Counted from the stretch's first letter, positions 27,678 to 36,838 are shown. The stretch: DNA of 64,000 nucleotides from Xanthobacteraceae bacterium (GCA_036502925.1 DASXXS010000190.1:1251-65250); one strand, 5' to 3'. Program-made: numbers and translations. Notes: generated from the sequence alone by a model not told the origin.

Positions 27678-28763
27678 CTAGATCGAGCCGCCGGCGATCA
27701 TCCAGCCGCGCGTGCGCCGCATGCAATATTCGACCAGCGTCTCGTGGCTGTAGCCGAACGCGCCCATGACCTGGATGGAATCGTTGGCCACCTCGAAGCC
27801 GGTCTGGTTGCAGGCCGCCTTGGCGAGCGCGGTCTCGTAGGCCGAGGGCAGGCCACGGTCCGCATTGACGGCCGCCCGATAGAGCAGGAGCTGCGCGCTT
27901 TCGAGCTTGATCGCCATCTCGGCGAACTTCCATTGCAAGCCCTGGAATTCGCACAGCGGCCGGCCGAATTGCTCGCGGGTCAACGCGTAGGCGCGTGCCG
28001 CATGGTAGGCATAGCGCCCGAGCGCCAGCGCCCGCGCCGCGTTGCCGAGGCGCTCGACATTGAAGCTCGACATCTGCTTCTTGAAGCCGCCCGGCCCGAG
28101 CAGGACGTTCTCGGCCGGCACCCGGCAGTTCTCGAAGTGCAGCTCGCACCACTCTTCCCCGCTCATGAAGCTCGACGGCTGGCCGATCGAAAATCCGGGC
28201 GTGCCGCGCTCGACGATCAGCGAGCCGATGCCGCCCAGGCCGGGCCCGTAGCGCACATAGACGAGAAAGATCGCCGCGTCCGGGCTGAAGGTGGAGAACA
28301 CCTTGGTGCCGTTGACGAGGTAGCCCGATCCGTCCGGCCGCGCGCTGGTGGCGAGGTCGGTCACCGCCGAGCCGGCGTCGGGCTCGGTCATGGCGAGGCT
28401 CAAAACCATGCGGCCGGCCAGGAGATCGGGCAGCCAGCGTTGCTTCTGGGCGGGCGTGCCATATTCCGCGAAGGTGCGGATCGGGCCGAAATTGCCGAAC
28501 TGGACGACGTCGGCGCTGCGCGGGCACACCGCGGCGATCTGCTCGATGGCAATGATGGCATCCATGAGCGTTCCGCCCTGGCCGCCGTCAGCTTGCGTGA
28601 GGGTGATGCCCATGAGTCCCTGGGCGCTCATCAGCTTGGCCACGTCGAACGGGAAGCCGGACGCGTGGGCGCGCTTGAGCGCATCCTGCTCGAGCTGCGC
28701 CAACGCGAAGCGGCGCACCTGGTCCGCGAACAGCCTCTGCTCCTCGGTGAATTCGAAATTCAT
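27678..28763 (-). CDS. Acyl-CoA dehydrogenase, ended by an in-frame TAG 26 codons before the family-typical C-terminus (possible pseudogene or sequencing error)
   Basis: MNFEFTEEQRLFADQVRRFA ... AMTEPDAGSAVTDL ... RGWMIAGGSI-TAG-ILKNRIAEHIFDRRFDQRKRHADAAE-TGA. The continuation would end at 27597 and overlap the next gene's start (27616). Confidence 0.85.
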   Translation of the reverse strand: MNFEFTEEQRLFADQVRRFALAQLEQDALKRAHASGFPFDVAKLMSAQGLMGITLTQADGGQGGTLMDAIIAIEQIAAVCPRSADVVQFGNFGPIRTFAEYGTPAQKQRWLPDLLAGRMVLSLAMTEPDAGSAVTDLATSARPDGSGYLVNGTKVFSTFSPDAAIFLVYVRYGPGLGGIGSLIVERGTPGFSIGQPSSFMSGEEWCELHFENCRVPAENVLLGPGGFKKQMSSFNVERLGNAARALALGRYAYHAARAYALTREQFGRPLCEFQGLQWKFAEMAIKLESAQLLLYRAAVNADRGLPSAYETALAKAACNQTGFEVANDSIQVMGAFGYSHETLVEYCMRRTRGWMIAGGSI

Positions 28764-28818
28764 GCAGCCCTCTTGATCAGTGTATCACGCGTTGGCGCTC
28801 AGGCATGCTCCCATCATT

Positions 28819-29313
28819 TCATCTGCCCGCCGCAAGACGGATGTCCTTGATGATCATGAACAGGTGTCGGGCATCGCTCGGAGATGGTGTGAAGCCAAAG
28901 TGGCGGTAGAACGCCGCGGCTCGGTCGTCCTTGGCGTGAACGGCGAGCGCGCGCACGCCAATCACGTCGGCGACCTGGAGCGTGCGCCCGAGTGCGTCGA
29001 GTAGCAACCCGGCACCAATGCCGTGGCCTTGCGCCTCGGTATGGACAGCCAGGCGCGCGAGCACCAGCAGCGGGATGGGATGGCGGGGCATGCCCTCGAC
29101 GACGCGCTCGGGAGCTTCCGCGTGCTGAACCTCGCCGGCGACGATCGTGTGGAAGCCGACGACCCCAGTGTCGCGCAAGGCAACATAGGTCTGTGACGAG
29201 TTCGCCTGTTGGGCTTGCAGCGCGTGACGTATGAGGAAGCGGTCAAGCTCGGGTTGCCCGCAGGTAAATTTCTCGACGGCGTGGGTGCGATGCAATTTCT
29301 CGATATGGAGCAA
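28819..29313 (-). CDS. GNAT-type toxin of a DUF1778/GNAT (TacA-TacT-like) toxin-antitoxin pair
   Basis: Inside ORF 28819..29433. Probable TTG start at 29313 (LLHIEKLHRTHAVEKFTCGQPELDRFL). EAQGHGIGAGLLLDAL is the acetyl-CoA motif. It begins 4 nt after the antitoxin stop. Confidence 0.8.
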   Translation of the reverse strand: MLHIEKLHRTHAVEKFTCGQPELDRFLIRHALQAQQANSSQTYVALRDTGVVGFHTIVAGEVQHAEAPERVVEGMPRHPIPLLVLARLAVHTEAQGHGIGAGLLLDALGRTLQVADVIGVRALAVHAKDDRAAAFYRHFGFTPSPSDARHLFMIIKDIRLAAGR

Positions 29314-29317
29314 TGCG

Positions 29318-29608
29318 TCACGGTTCGCTTTTAGGGTCGAACACGGAAGGCTCGCGAAACAACCGCTCGAGGCGCGCATGACGGCGCGGCGGCGCGTCGA
29401 GCGCGGCCACGAAGGCATCCCAGCTCTTGGCATCGAGCATGAAGACGCGCCGATCTGCTAAACGCTCTTCGGCCTCGCTCAGCGCCGTGTCGAGAACGAA
29501 TTCACTCACGGACTTGCGCTGGGCGGCTGCGGCCGCCTGCAAGGTCCGTTTTGCGGCCCGGGTCAGCCGCAGATCAAGCTTCTCCGTCCGATTGCTACGT
29601 TGAGGCAT
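29318..29608 (-). CDS. DUF1778 (TacA-like) antitoxin
   Basis: Start MPQRSNRTEKLDLRLTRAAKRTLQAAAA. RVFMLDAKSWDAFVAALDAPPRRHARLERLFREPSVFD is the family-typical C-terminus. Confidence 0.85.
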   Translation of the reverse strand: MPQRSNRTEKLDLRLTRAAKRTLQAAAAAQRKSVSEFVLDTALSEAEERLADRRVFMLDAKSWDAFVAALDAPPRRHARLERLFREPSVFDPKSEP

Positions 29609-29692
29609 ATAAATAGAGTACCACAATTCGCCAGACAATGTCACGACAATTCGGGAGGCGCATACCCTGGCACCTGCCGAAAGGGTGGCCTC

Positions 29693-30655
29693 TCATTCCG
29701 CCTTGGCGCCCGACTTCCGCACGATGGCCGACCATTTGGTCTCCTCGCGATCGATGTCGGCGGCGTATTCGTCGGGGGTGCTGGGCAGCGGCTCGGTGCC
29801 GTCCGCGGCCATGCGCTCCCTGGTGTCCGCTGCATTGAGCGCGTCGCGCAGCGCCCCATTGAGCTTGTCGATGACCGGCCGCGGCGTGCCGGCAGGCGCC
29901 ACGATCCCGTAACGCAGCACCGATTCATAGCCCGGCAGCCCCGCTTCGGCGACCGTCGGCAGGTCCGCGAGCACGCCGGAACGCTGCGCGCCGGTCACCG
30001 CCAATGCCCGGACCTTGCCGTCGCGGGCGAGCCCGATCGCAGGCGGCAGCGAGCTGAAATAGACCGCCACATGGCCGCCCATCAGATCGGTGAGCGCGGG
30101 CGCGCTGCCGCGGTAGGGGACATGGGTGAGCGTGATGTGGGCCATCTGCTCGAACAGCACGGTGCCGAGATGGATGCCGCTGCCGACGCCGGCCGATGCG
30201 TAGTTGAGCTTCCCCGGCTCGCGCTTGGCGAGATCGATCAGTTCGCCGATGGAGCGCGCCGGCAGGCCCGGGTAAACGAGCACGACCAGCGCGCTGGTGC
30301 CGATCAGGCCGACCGGGGCGAAATCCTTGCGCGGGTCGTAGCCGACATTGTTGTAGAGCGTCGGATTGACGCCGAGCGTGCCGGTTCCGCCGATGACGAG
30401 CGTGTAGCCGTCCGGCGCGCTCCTGGCCACCTGGCGGGTCGCGTTGCTGCCGCCGGCGCCGGCCCGGTTCTCGACGACGATCTGCTGGCCGAACGTCCGG
30501 CTCATCTTCTCGGCCACCACGCGCGCCATCACGTCGTTGCCGCCGCCGGCCGCATAGGGGACGACCAGCGTGATGGCGCGGCTCGGATAGTCCTGCGCGT
30601 TCGCGCCAACGGCCCAGCAGGCGAGGGCTGCAGCCAGCATCGCCCGCACCCCCAC
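29693..30655 (-). CDS. Bug/TctC family periplasmic solute-binding protein
   Basis: YPSRAITLVVPYAAGGGNDVMAR and VPYRGSAPALTDLMGGHV. Start uncertain (GTG 30655 or 30649, or ATG 30640). The longer ORF to 30724 would read through a REP element. Confidence 0.85.
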   Translation of the reverse strand: MGVRAMLAAALACWAVGANAQDYPSRAITLVVPYAAGGGNDVMARVVAEKMSRTFGQQIVVENRAGAGGSNATRQVARSAPDGYTLVIGGTGTLGVNPTLYNNVGYDPRKDFAPVGLIGTSALVVLVYPGLPARSIGELIDLAKREPGKLNYASAGVGSGIHLGTVLFEQMAHITLTHVPYRGSAPALTDLMGGHVAVYFSSLPPAIGLARDGKVRALAVTGAQRSGVLADLPTVAEAGLPGYESVLRYGIVAPAGTPRPVIDKLNGALRDALNAADTRERMAADGTEPLPSTPDEYAADIDREETKWSAIVRKSGAKAE

Positions 30656-30660
30656 CCTGG

Positions 30661-30697
30661 CCGTCTCCCGCTTGCAGGGGAGGGAACGGGGAGGGGC
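30661..30697. repeat. REP-like element, type B, copy 1
   Basis: CCGTCTCCCGCTTGCAGGGGAGGGAACGGGGAGGGGC. About 80-85% identical to 59950..59985, in the same orientation, between two Bug genes. Confidence 0.7.
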
Positions 30698-30720
30698 CTG
30701 GATTCTCGTCGCCATCCCGC

Positions 30721-31701
30721 TCACTCGCCCTTCAAGCCGAGCGCGTTCACGACTTTCGACCAGCTCGTCTCCTCCCGGTCGATGTCGGCTGCATATTCTT
30801 CCGGCGTGCTCGGCAAGACTTCGGTGCCATCGGTGGCAAGCCGCTGGCGCACATCCTCAGCGGCGAGCGCCAGGCGCAGCTCCTTGTTCAGCCGCTCGAC
30901 GATCGCCCGCGGAGTTCCCCCCGGCGCCACCAGCCCATAGCGCAATGCCGCCTCGTATCCGGGCAGGCCGGATTCGGCCACCGTGGGCAAATCGGGGAGG
31001 AGGCTCGAGCGCCGCGCGCTGGTCACCGCGAGCGCCCGCAGCAGTCCGCTTTCGGCTTGGCCATGGGCGGTCGGGATCGGGGTGAACATCATCGGGATGT
31101 GGCCGCCCAGGAGGTCGGTAATGGCAGGCCCGGTTCCCTTGTAGGGAACGTGGGTGAGCTTGAGCCCCGCCGTGGTGGCGAAGAGCTCTCCGGCGAGATG
31201 CCCGACGGTGCCGATGCCGGCCGAGCCGTAGTTGATCTCGCCCGGATGCTCCCTCGCATAGGCGATCAGCTCGGCGACCGAGTGCACGGGAAGGCTCGGA
31301 TGCACCACCAGCATCGTGGGTGCCGATCCGATGCGGCCGATGGCGGCGAAGTCCTTGCGCGGCTCGAAGCCCGCATTGGCATAGAGACTCGGCCCGATCG
31401 CCAGCGTGCCGGTATAGCCGAGCAGCAGCGTGTAGCCGTCGGCCGCGCTCTTGGCCACGTAGCGTGCCCCGATGGTGCCGCCGGCGCCGCCGCGATTCTC
31501 CACGACGATCGACTGGCCGAGCGTCTCGCTCATCTTCTCGGCCACGATGCGCGCGACCAGCGAGACGCTGCCGCCAGGCGGGAACGGCGAGACCAGCACG
31601 ATGGGACGGGCGGGATAATCCTGTGCGGACGCCGCGACGGGGGCGGCAAGCGCCAGCAGGACCGCCGCCATCCACCGTGACATTTTCGCGAGCCTGCTCA
31701 T
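30721..31701 (-). CDS. Bug/TctC family periplasmic solute-binding protein
   Basis: Start MSRLAKMSRWMAAVLLALAAPVAASAQ (GAGG Shine-Dalgarno 6 nt upstream). YPARPIVLVSPFPPGGSVSLVAR and VPYKGTGPAITDLLGGHI. Confidence 0.85.
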   Translation of the reverse strand: MSRLAKMSRWMAAVLLALAAPVAASAQDYPARPIVLVSPFPPGGSVSLVARIVAEKMSETLGQSIVVENRGGAGGTIGARYVAKSAADGYTLLLGYTGTLAIGPSLYANAGFEPRKDFAAIGRIGSAPTMLVVHPSLPVHSVAELIAYAREHPGEINYGSAGIGTVGHLAGELFATTAGLKLTHVPYKGTGPAITDLLGGHIPMMFTPIPTAHGQAESGLLRALAVTSARRSSLLPDLPTVAESGLPGYEAALRYGLVAPGGTPRAIVERLNKELRLALAAEDVRQRLATDGTEVLPSTPEEYAADIDREETSWSKVVNALGLKGE

Positions 31702-31859
31702 ACCTTGCCTCGGATGCCCATGATGAAGCCGCAGAAGTTCCATGCTAGCTTTCTCCTGCGGGCAAAGTAAGGGACGCCGGCGGGCGGTTGATCGCCGTGA
31801 TCGACCACCGCGCTGGCGAAGCCCGCGCTTCCAAAGCTCGACCAGAGGGGTGACGAAGA

Positions 31860-33257
31860 TTGCCTCTTGACCCGGTTCTGCTGTCGCGCGTTCAATTCGC
31901 CTGGGTCGTCGGCTGGCACGTCCTGTTGCCCGCTTTCACGATCGGTCTTGCCTCCTTCATTGCCTTTCTCGAAGGCGGCTACGCCTTGACCAAACGTCCC
32001 ATTTTTCTCGACCTGTCCCAATTCTGGTTGCGGATCTTCGCGATCTCCTTCGGCATGGGGGTGGTGACCGGCATCGTCATGCCGTTCCAGTTGGGCACCA
32101 ACTGGAGCCGCTTTGCCGACGACACCGGCAATGTGATCTCTCCCCTATTGGGTTACGAGGGCTTGACCGCATTCTTCCTCGAAGCGACGTTCCTAGGGGT
32201 GCTCCTATTCGGCCGCAAGCTGGTGCCCCCATTCATGCATTTCGTCGCCGCCGTGCTGGTGGCGGTGGGCACGCTGTCCTCTTCGTTCTGGATTCTCGCG
32301 ACCAACAGCTGGATGCAAACTCCTGTCGGGCACGAGATCATCGACGGTCGATTTTTCCCGCAGGATTGGCTGGAGATCGTTTTCAATCCGTCGTTCCCGT
32401 ACCGGTTGGCCCATACGGTGAGCGCCTTCTATGTGACCACGGCCTTTGTGGTGCTGGGGGTCGGCGCCTACACGCTGCGGCGCCGCCGACCGGTCGAGCA
32501 CGGGCGCCTGATGCTGCGGCTCGCGCTGTGGTTCCTCGCGATCTTCGTGCCGGTGCAAGTCGTCATCGGAGATTTGCACGGCCTCAATACGCTGGCCTAC
32601 CAGCCCGCCAAGCTCGCCGCCATCGAGGGCCTGTGGGACGGCGGAAACGGGGTTCCGGCCTCCATCATCGGCTGGCCCGACCAAACGGCGGAACGAAACC
32701 GCGGCGAGATCGCGATCCCGCGGTTGGGCAGCCTCTATCTCACCCACTCCTGGGATGGCGCGGTCAAAGGCCTCAAGGACTTCCCGGCCGATCAGCGCCC
32801 TCCGGTTTTGATCGTCTATTTCACGTTTCGGATCATGGTCGGGATCGCGCTCCTGATGCTGACTATGGTGGCGGCCGGCCTCGTGCTGATGGCGCAAGGC
32901 CGGCTCGATCGGGCAGGCTGGTATCTGCGGCTGTGCCAGCTCACCAGTTGTCTTGGGTTCATCGCCGTCATCGCCGGATGGACCACCACAGAAGTCGGAC
33001 GACAACCCTGGACGGTCTACGGCTTGCTGCGAACCGCGGACTCGGTGTCGCCATCGCTCGCGGGCTCCGATGTGCTGCTTTCGCTTCTGCTGTGTGTGGC
33101 GGTGTATCTGGTCATCTATCCGGTGGGGCTCCTTGCCATGCTGCGGATCGTCTGGCGCGGCCCGGTTTCGACAGAAGAGCTGGAACCAATCGCCGCCGGG
33201 CGACACATGGCGCCGATCGAGGCGCTGTCGCGGGCAACGCCGGAGGCGGCGCGATGA
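31860..33257 (+). CDS. cydA: Cytochrome bd-type ubiquinol oxidase subunit I, short Q-loop (CioA-like)
   Basis: TTG start. 465 aa. GWHVLLPAFTIG, GYEGLTAFFLEATFLG and AGWTTTEVGRQPW motifs. The length implies the short Q-loop class. Confidence 0.9.
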   Translation: MPLDPVLLSRVQFAWVVGWHVLLPAFTIGLASFIAFLEGGYALTKRPIFLDLSQFWLRIFAISFGMGVVTGIVMPFQLGTNWSRFADDTGNVISPLLGYEGLTAFFLEATFLGVLLFGRKLVPPFMHFVAAVLVAVGTLSSSFWILATNSWMQTPVGHEIIDGRFFPQDWLEIVFNPSFPYRLAHTVSAFYVTTAFVVLGVGAYTLRRRRPVEHGRLMLRLALWFLAIFVPVQVVIGDLHGLNTLAYQPAKLAAIEGLWDGGNGVPASIIGWPDQTAERNRGEIAIPRLGSLYLTHSWDGAVKGLKDFPADQRPPVLIVYFTFRIMVGIALLMLTMVAAGLVLMAQGRLDRAGWYLRLCQLTSCLGFIAVIAGWTTTEVGRQPWTVYGLLRTADSVSPSLAGSDVLLSLLLCVAVYLVIYPVGLLAMLRIVWRGPVSTEELEPIAAGRHMAPIEALSRATPEAAR

Positions 33258-34264
33258 CGCCGACCCTCAGTCTGGTCCCGGTCTGGACGGTCATTCTTGC
33301 ACTGGCGGTTTTTTTCTACGTCGCCCTGGACGGTTTCGATCTCGGCGTCGGCATGCTCTACAATTTTGCGCCCGATCGGCGGGCCCGCGACGTGCTGATG
33401 AATTCGATCGCGCCGATCTGGGACGGCAACGAGACTTGGCTCATCCTGGGAAGCGTGGGCCTGCTGGCGGCCTTTCCGCTCGCCTTCGCCATCATCATCC
33501 CGGCGGTCTACTTTCCGATCCTGCTGATGCTGCTCGCGCTGATCTTTCGCGGGCTCGCCTTCGAATTTCGCTATCGGGATGCCGAGCACCGGACCTTCTG
33601 GGACCACGGCTTCGCTTACGGGTCGGCGTTTGCAGCCTTTGCGCAAGGCGTGGTCTTGGGTGCCTTCATCCAGGGATTTCACGTCGAAGGCCGGCACTAC
33701 GTCGGCAGCTCGTTCGACTGCTTCACGCCCTTTTCGGCCTTCACCGGCGTTGCCTTGATGTGCGGCTACGCGCTCCTCGGCGCCGGTTGGCTGGTGATCA
33801 AGACCGACGGCGCGCTGCAGGATTGGGCGCGCGCGCTCGGCCGGCGCGCACTGATCGGCACGGCGCTGGCCATTGCGGTGGTCAGCCTGTGGACGCCGCT
33901 GATCGATTCCCATATCGCGGCGCGCTGGTTTTCCTGGCCGAACATCGCGGTTCTCGCCCCGGTGCCGCTCATCACCGCCGGCCTCGTTTGGTTCGAATGG
34001 TGGTCGCTCGACAACGGACCCGACCACGCGCCCTTCCTGGGCGCGCTCGGTCTCTTCGTGATGTCCTATTGCGGCATCGCCATCAGTCTATGGCCGATGA
34101 TCGTGCCCGGACATTACACGCTCGATGAGGCCGCGGCCTCGGAAAGCACCCAGGCCTTTCTGCTGGTCGGCACGCTCATTCTCCTGCCGGTGATCCTGTT
34201 CTATACGGGTTGGTCGTATTGGGTGTTTCGCGGCAAGGTGCGCGCCGACAGCGGCTATCATTGA
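33254..34264 (+). CDS. cydB: Cytochrome bd-type ubiquinol oxidase subunit II
   Basis: Inside ORF 32366..34264. ATGA overlap with cydA. MTPTLSLVPVWTVILALAVFFYVALDGFDLGVGML and IAPIWDGNETWLI motifs. Confidence 0.9.
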   Translation: MTPTLSLVPVWTVILALAVFFYVALDGFDLGVGMLYNFAPDRRARDVLMNSIAPIWDGNETWLILGSVGLLAAFPLAFAIIIPAVYFPILLMLLALIFRGLAFEFRYRDAEHRTFWDHGFAYGSAFAAFAQGVVLGAFIQGFHVEGRHYVGSSFDCFTPFSAFTGVALMCGYALLGAGWLVIKTDGALQDWARALGRRALIGTALAIAVVSLWTPLIDSHIAARWFSWPNIAVLAPVPLITAGLVWFEWWSLDNGPDHAPFLGALGLFVMSYCGIAISLWPMIVPGHYTLDEAAASESTQAFLLVGTLILLPVILFYTGWSYWVFRGKVRADSGYH

Positions 34265-34544
34265 CCCCGGACGGCGGCGCTGGCCAACGGCTCCCGACGA
34301 GGCGCAAGCCGCATGGATTCTGGCCGCAATTGCCGGCCTTGCCTTGAATTGTAGTTACCAGGCGGGTTAGGGCTGGGCCACGGGCAGTGATCAATTTTAT
34401 ACAGACTTCATTCATTAATGAGCGCATGGTGCCGGTAAGTGGCGCAGCACCAGGCGGCCACGGCTTCAATTCAATCGATCGACCGGAACCCATCCGGGTC
34501 TCCGCCGCCCTCGCTCCGAACGATGTCGGGCGAAAGGAAACACC

Positions 34545-34910
34545 ATGGAATTGCCCTCAATCCTGCAAGGCGAGTCGCTCATACGTCTCTTGCAAGGAGC
34601 GGTCGCCGGCTTTCTCGCCACTGCGATCATCGGCTTCAATTGGGGTGGATGGATGCTGGAAAGCACGGCCAAGCAAATGGCCGAGAAGAGCGCGAACAGC
34701 GCGGTCGTGACGGTTCTGGCTCCCATGTGTGCCGACAAGTTCCGGCAGGCCGCGGACTCCACGCTCAACATGGCCGAGCTGAACAAGGTCAGCTCGTGGA
34801 TGCAGGATTCCTACATCGAGAAGGGCGGATGGGCGACCTTCCCGGGCGAGACCTCGCCCGAGCGCGGTGTCGCCCAGGCCTGCGCGAATCTGCTGACGGC
34901 TTTGAAATAA
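34545..34910 (+). CDS. Hypothetical protein with one N-terminal TM segment
   Basis: 121 aa. AAAGGAAA upstream of the ATG. GC3-rich codon use consistent with host genes. No family recognised. Confidence 0.55.
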   Translation: MELPSILQGESLIRLLQGAVAGFLATAIIGFNWGGWMLESTAKQMAEKSANSAVVTVLAPMCADKFRQAADSTLNMAELNKVSSWMQDSYIEKGGWATFPGETSPERGVAQACANLLTALK

Positions 34911-35003
34911 GTGCGATACGAAAGCCAATCGGGCTGCCCCTCGGCGATGGCAAGGAGCGGCCCGCTTCGCTGTTGCGATTGAACCCCATGGATTGAGAGT
35001 CAA

Positions 35004-36038
35004 ATGCACAGACTGAATTGCCCTATCGCCGCGGCGCCGGATGCCCGCGGCTTGACGCAGCTGCTCGCCCGCTATCGCGCTCCGAGCCTGGGACGCAGCA
35101 CGACCGAGCTCGCCATCACGGCCATCCCCCTGGTGCTGGTCTGGATTCTGATGTGGGCGACCCTGGGCATCGGCTACTGGCTTTGCCTGCTGCTCGCCAT
35201 CCCGGCTGCGGGCCTGCTGGTGCGGCTGTTCATGATCCAGCACGACTGCGGTCACGGCGCGTTCTTCCGCCACCGCCTGGCCAACGACTGGGTGGGGCGC
35301 GTGATCGGGGTGCTGACGCTCACACCCTATGACTTCTGGCGCAGCACTCACGCCATTCACCATTCGACCTCGGGCAATCTTGATCGGCGCGGAACCGGCG
35401 ACATCGACACATTGACGGTGCGCGAATACCTGGCGCGGTCGCGATGGGGACGCCTGCGCTATCGGGTCTACCGTCACCCGCTCATCATGTTCGGCTTCGG
35501 TCCGGCCTATCTGTTCCTCGTTCGGCACCGGCTGCCGGTCGGCCTCATGCGTCAGGGCTGGTGGCCATGGCTCAGCACGATGGCGACCAACCTCGCCATC
35601 GCGGTGATCGCCGCGACCATGATTTGGCTGGTGGGCGTCGGTCCGTTCCTGCTCGTGCATCTCCCGATCATGCTGCTCGCGGCCTCGATCGGGGTCTGGC
35701 TGTTTTATGTCCAGCACCAGTTCGAGAACACAAGATGGACAAACGACGGCGACTGGAGCCTGCACGAGGTGGCGCTGCACGGCAGCTCCTATTACGACTT
35801 GCCGGCGGTCCTGCGCTGGTTCACCGCCAACATCGGCATGCATCACATCCATCATTTGTGCAGCCGAATCCCCTACTACCGGCTGCCGCTGGTGCTGCGC
35901 CAGCACCCCGACCTAGGCGGCATCGGCCGGCTTACTTTGGGAGAGAGCCTGGGCTGTGTTCGGCTGGCGCTATGGGATGAGAATCAGCAACGGCTCGTCT
36001 CTTTCAACGACGTACGCCGGCGTCCTGCCGCTGCTTGA
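35004..36038 (+). CDS. Membrane fatty acid desaturase
   Basis: Three histidine boxes: HDCGH, HAIHH and HHIHH, with four hydrophobic spans. Confidence 0.88.
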   Translation: MHRLNCPIAAAPDARGLTQLLARYRAPSLGRSTTELAITAIPLVLVWILMWATLGIGYWLCLLLAIPAAGLLVRLFMIQHDCGHGAFFRHRLANDWVGRVIGVLTLTPYDFWRSTHAIHHSTSGNLDRRGTGDIDTLTVREYLARSRWGRLRYRVYRHPLIMFGFGPAYLFLVRHRLPVGLMRQGWWPWLSTMATNLAIAVIAATMIWLVGVGPFLLVHLPIMLLAASIGVWLFYVQHQFENTRWTNDGDWSLHEVALHGSSYYDLPAVLRWFTANIGMHHIHHLCSRIPYYRLPLVLRQHPDLGGIGRLTLGESLGCVRLALWDENQQRLVSFNDVRRRPAAA

Positions 36039-36065
36039 CCGCGGGGCGAGACGTCGCTCCGGCGT

Positions 36066-36266
36066 GTGACATCATGCGAGGAAGAGCACGTGGCCGCCGA
36101 CGAATTGCCGCCCGAAGCGGAAGGCTCGGCAACCTGCGCTGATTGCGGAATGGAATTGGTCGTTGCCCGGGTCACGCCGGTCTGGTTCGGCGGCGAGTTC
36201 GAGGAGCTGACGCTCGCATGCAAGAGCTGCGGGTTCACGAAAAAAATCAAGATCAAACGGAGCTGA
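36066..36266 (+). CDS. Small zinc-ribbon-like protein (two CxxC pairs)
   Basis: 66 aa, CADCGMELV...CKSCGF. GTG start. No family recognised. Confidence 0.4.
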   Translation: MTSCEEEHVAADELPPEAEGSATCADCGMELVVARVTPVWFGGEFEELTLACKSCGFTKKIKIKRS

Positions 36267-36546
36267 CCTGGGTCCGTTGTATTCGATAAACCGAGCTCAC
36301 GGTCTGATCGAGACAGCGGGCATTTTCCGGTACGATCTCCTTCAGCGCTGAGCCGGGTCATAAATTTCATCTTCGCGGGTTGACTTTTTGATCGGGATCG
36401 CTTGCTTCATTTGCAGGTTTGTAGAAGATTCGTGAATCTCGGTGAGTGAAACGAGAAACGCATGCAGCGGTAATATCGAACTGAAATCGCTTGGCAGATG
36501 AATTCAGAAGGTGCTAGAACCGCGCCTTCATTGGAGGAAAGTTGAA

Positions 36547-36717
36547 ATGGCGAAGAAGATCAAACGTCGTGCTTGGACCAAGTCGGATGTTCGCGAGCTC
36601 AAGACCCATGCGCGGCAGAAGACCCCGGCACCCAAGATTGCACGGGCAATGAAAAGAACCCTTGGGGCGACCAGACAAAAGGCATTCCAATTGGGCGTTT
36701 CCCTGGATTCGCGTTGA
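36547..36717 (+). CDS. Small basic protein (56 aa), unknown function
   Basis: GGAGGA Shine-Dalgarno 7 nt before ATG 36547. MAKKIKRRAWTKSDVRELKTHARQKTPAPKIARAMKRTLGATRQKAFQLGVSL. Sits in an AT-richer intergenic stretch. Confidence 0.5.
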   Translation: MAKKIKRRAWTKSDVRELKTHARQKTPAPKIARAMKRTLGATRQKAFQLGVSLDSR

Positions 36718-36838
36718 CACGGGCAACCTCTAAAAGCGTCCCTCGATCTGCCGAGTGGCGGGAGCCCATTTTAGCGCGCACCATAACGGGTGCGCCTCAT
36801 GCATGCGCAATCGGCGCGCGTGAAAATGGGCGCCCAGC

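Noticed and set aside
27678-27680. TAG as pyrrolysine or programmed read-through
   Set aside because: No pyl genes are seen, and pyrrolysine is not known in alphaproteobacteria. A single-base nonsense change or a sequencing error is the simpler explanation.
31788-31804. Possible FNR/FixK box upstream of cydAB (TTGATCGCCGTGATCGA)
   Set aside because: The consensus is TTGAT-N4-ATCAA. Here the second half-site reads GTGAT, so the motif is a direct TGATCG repeat rather than the palindrome.
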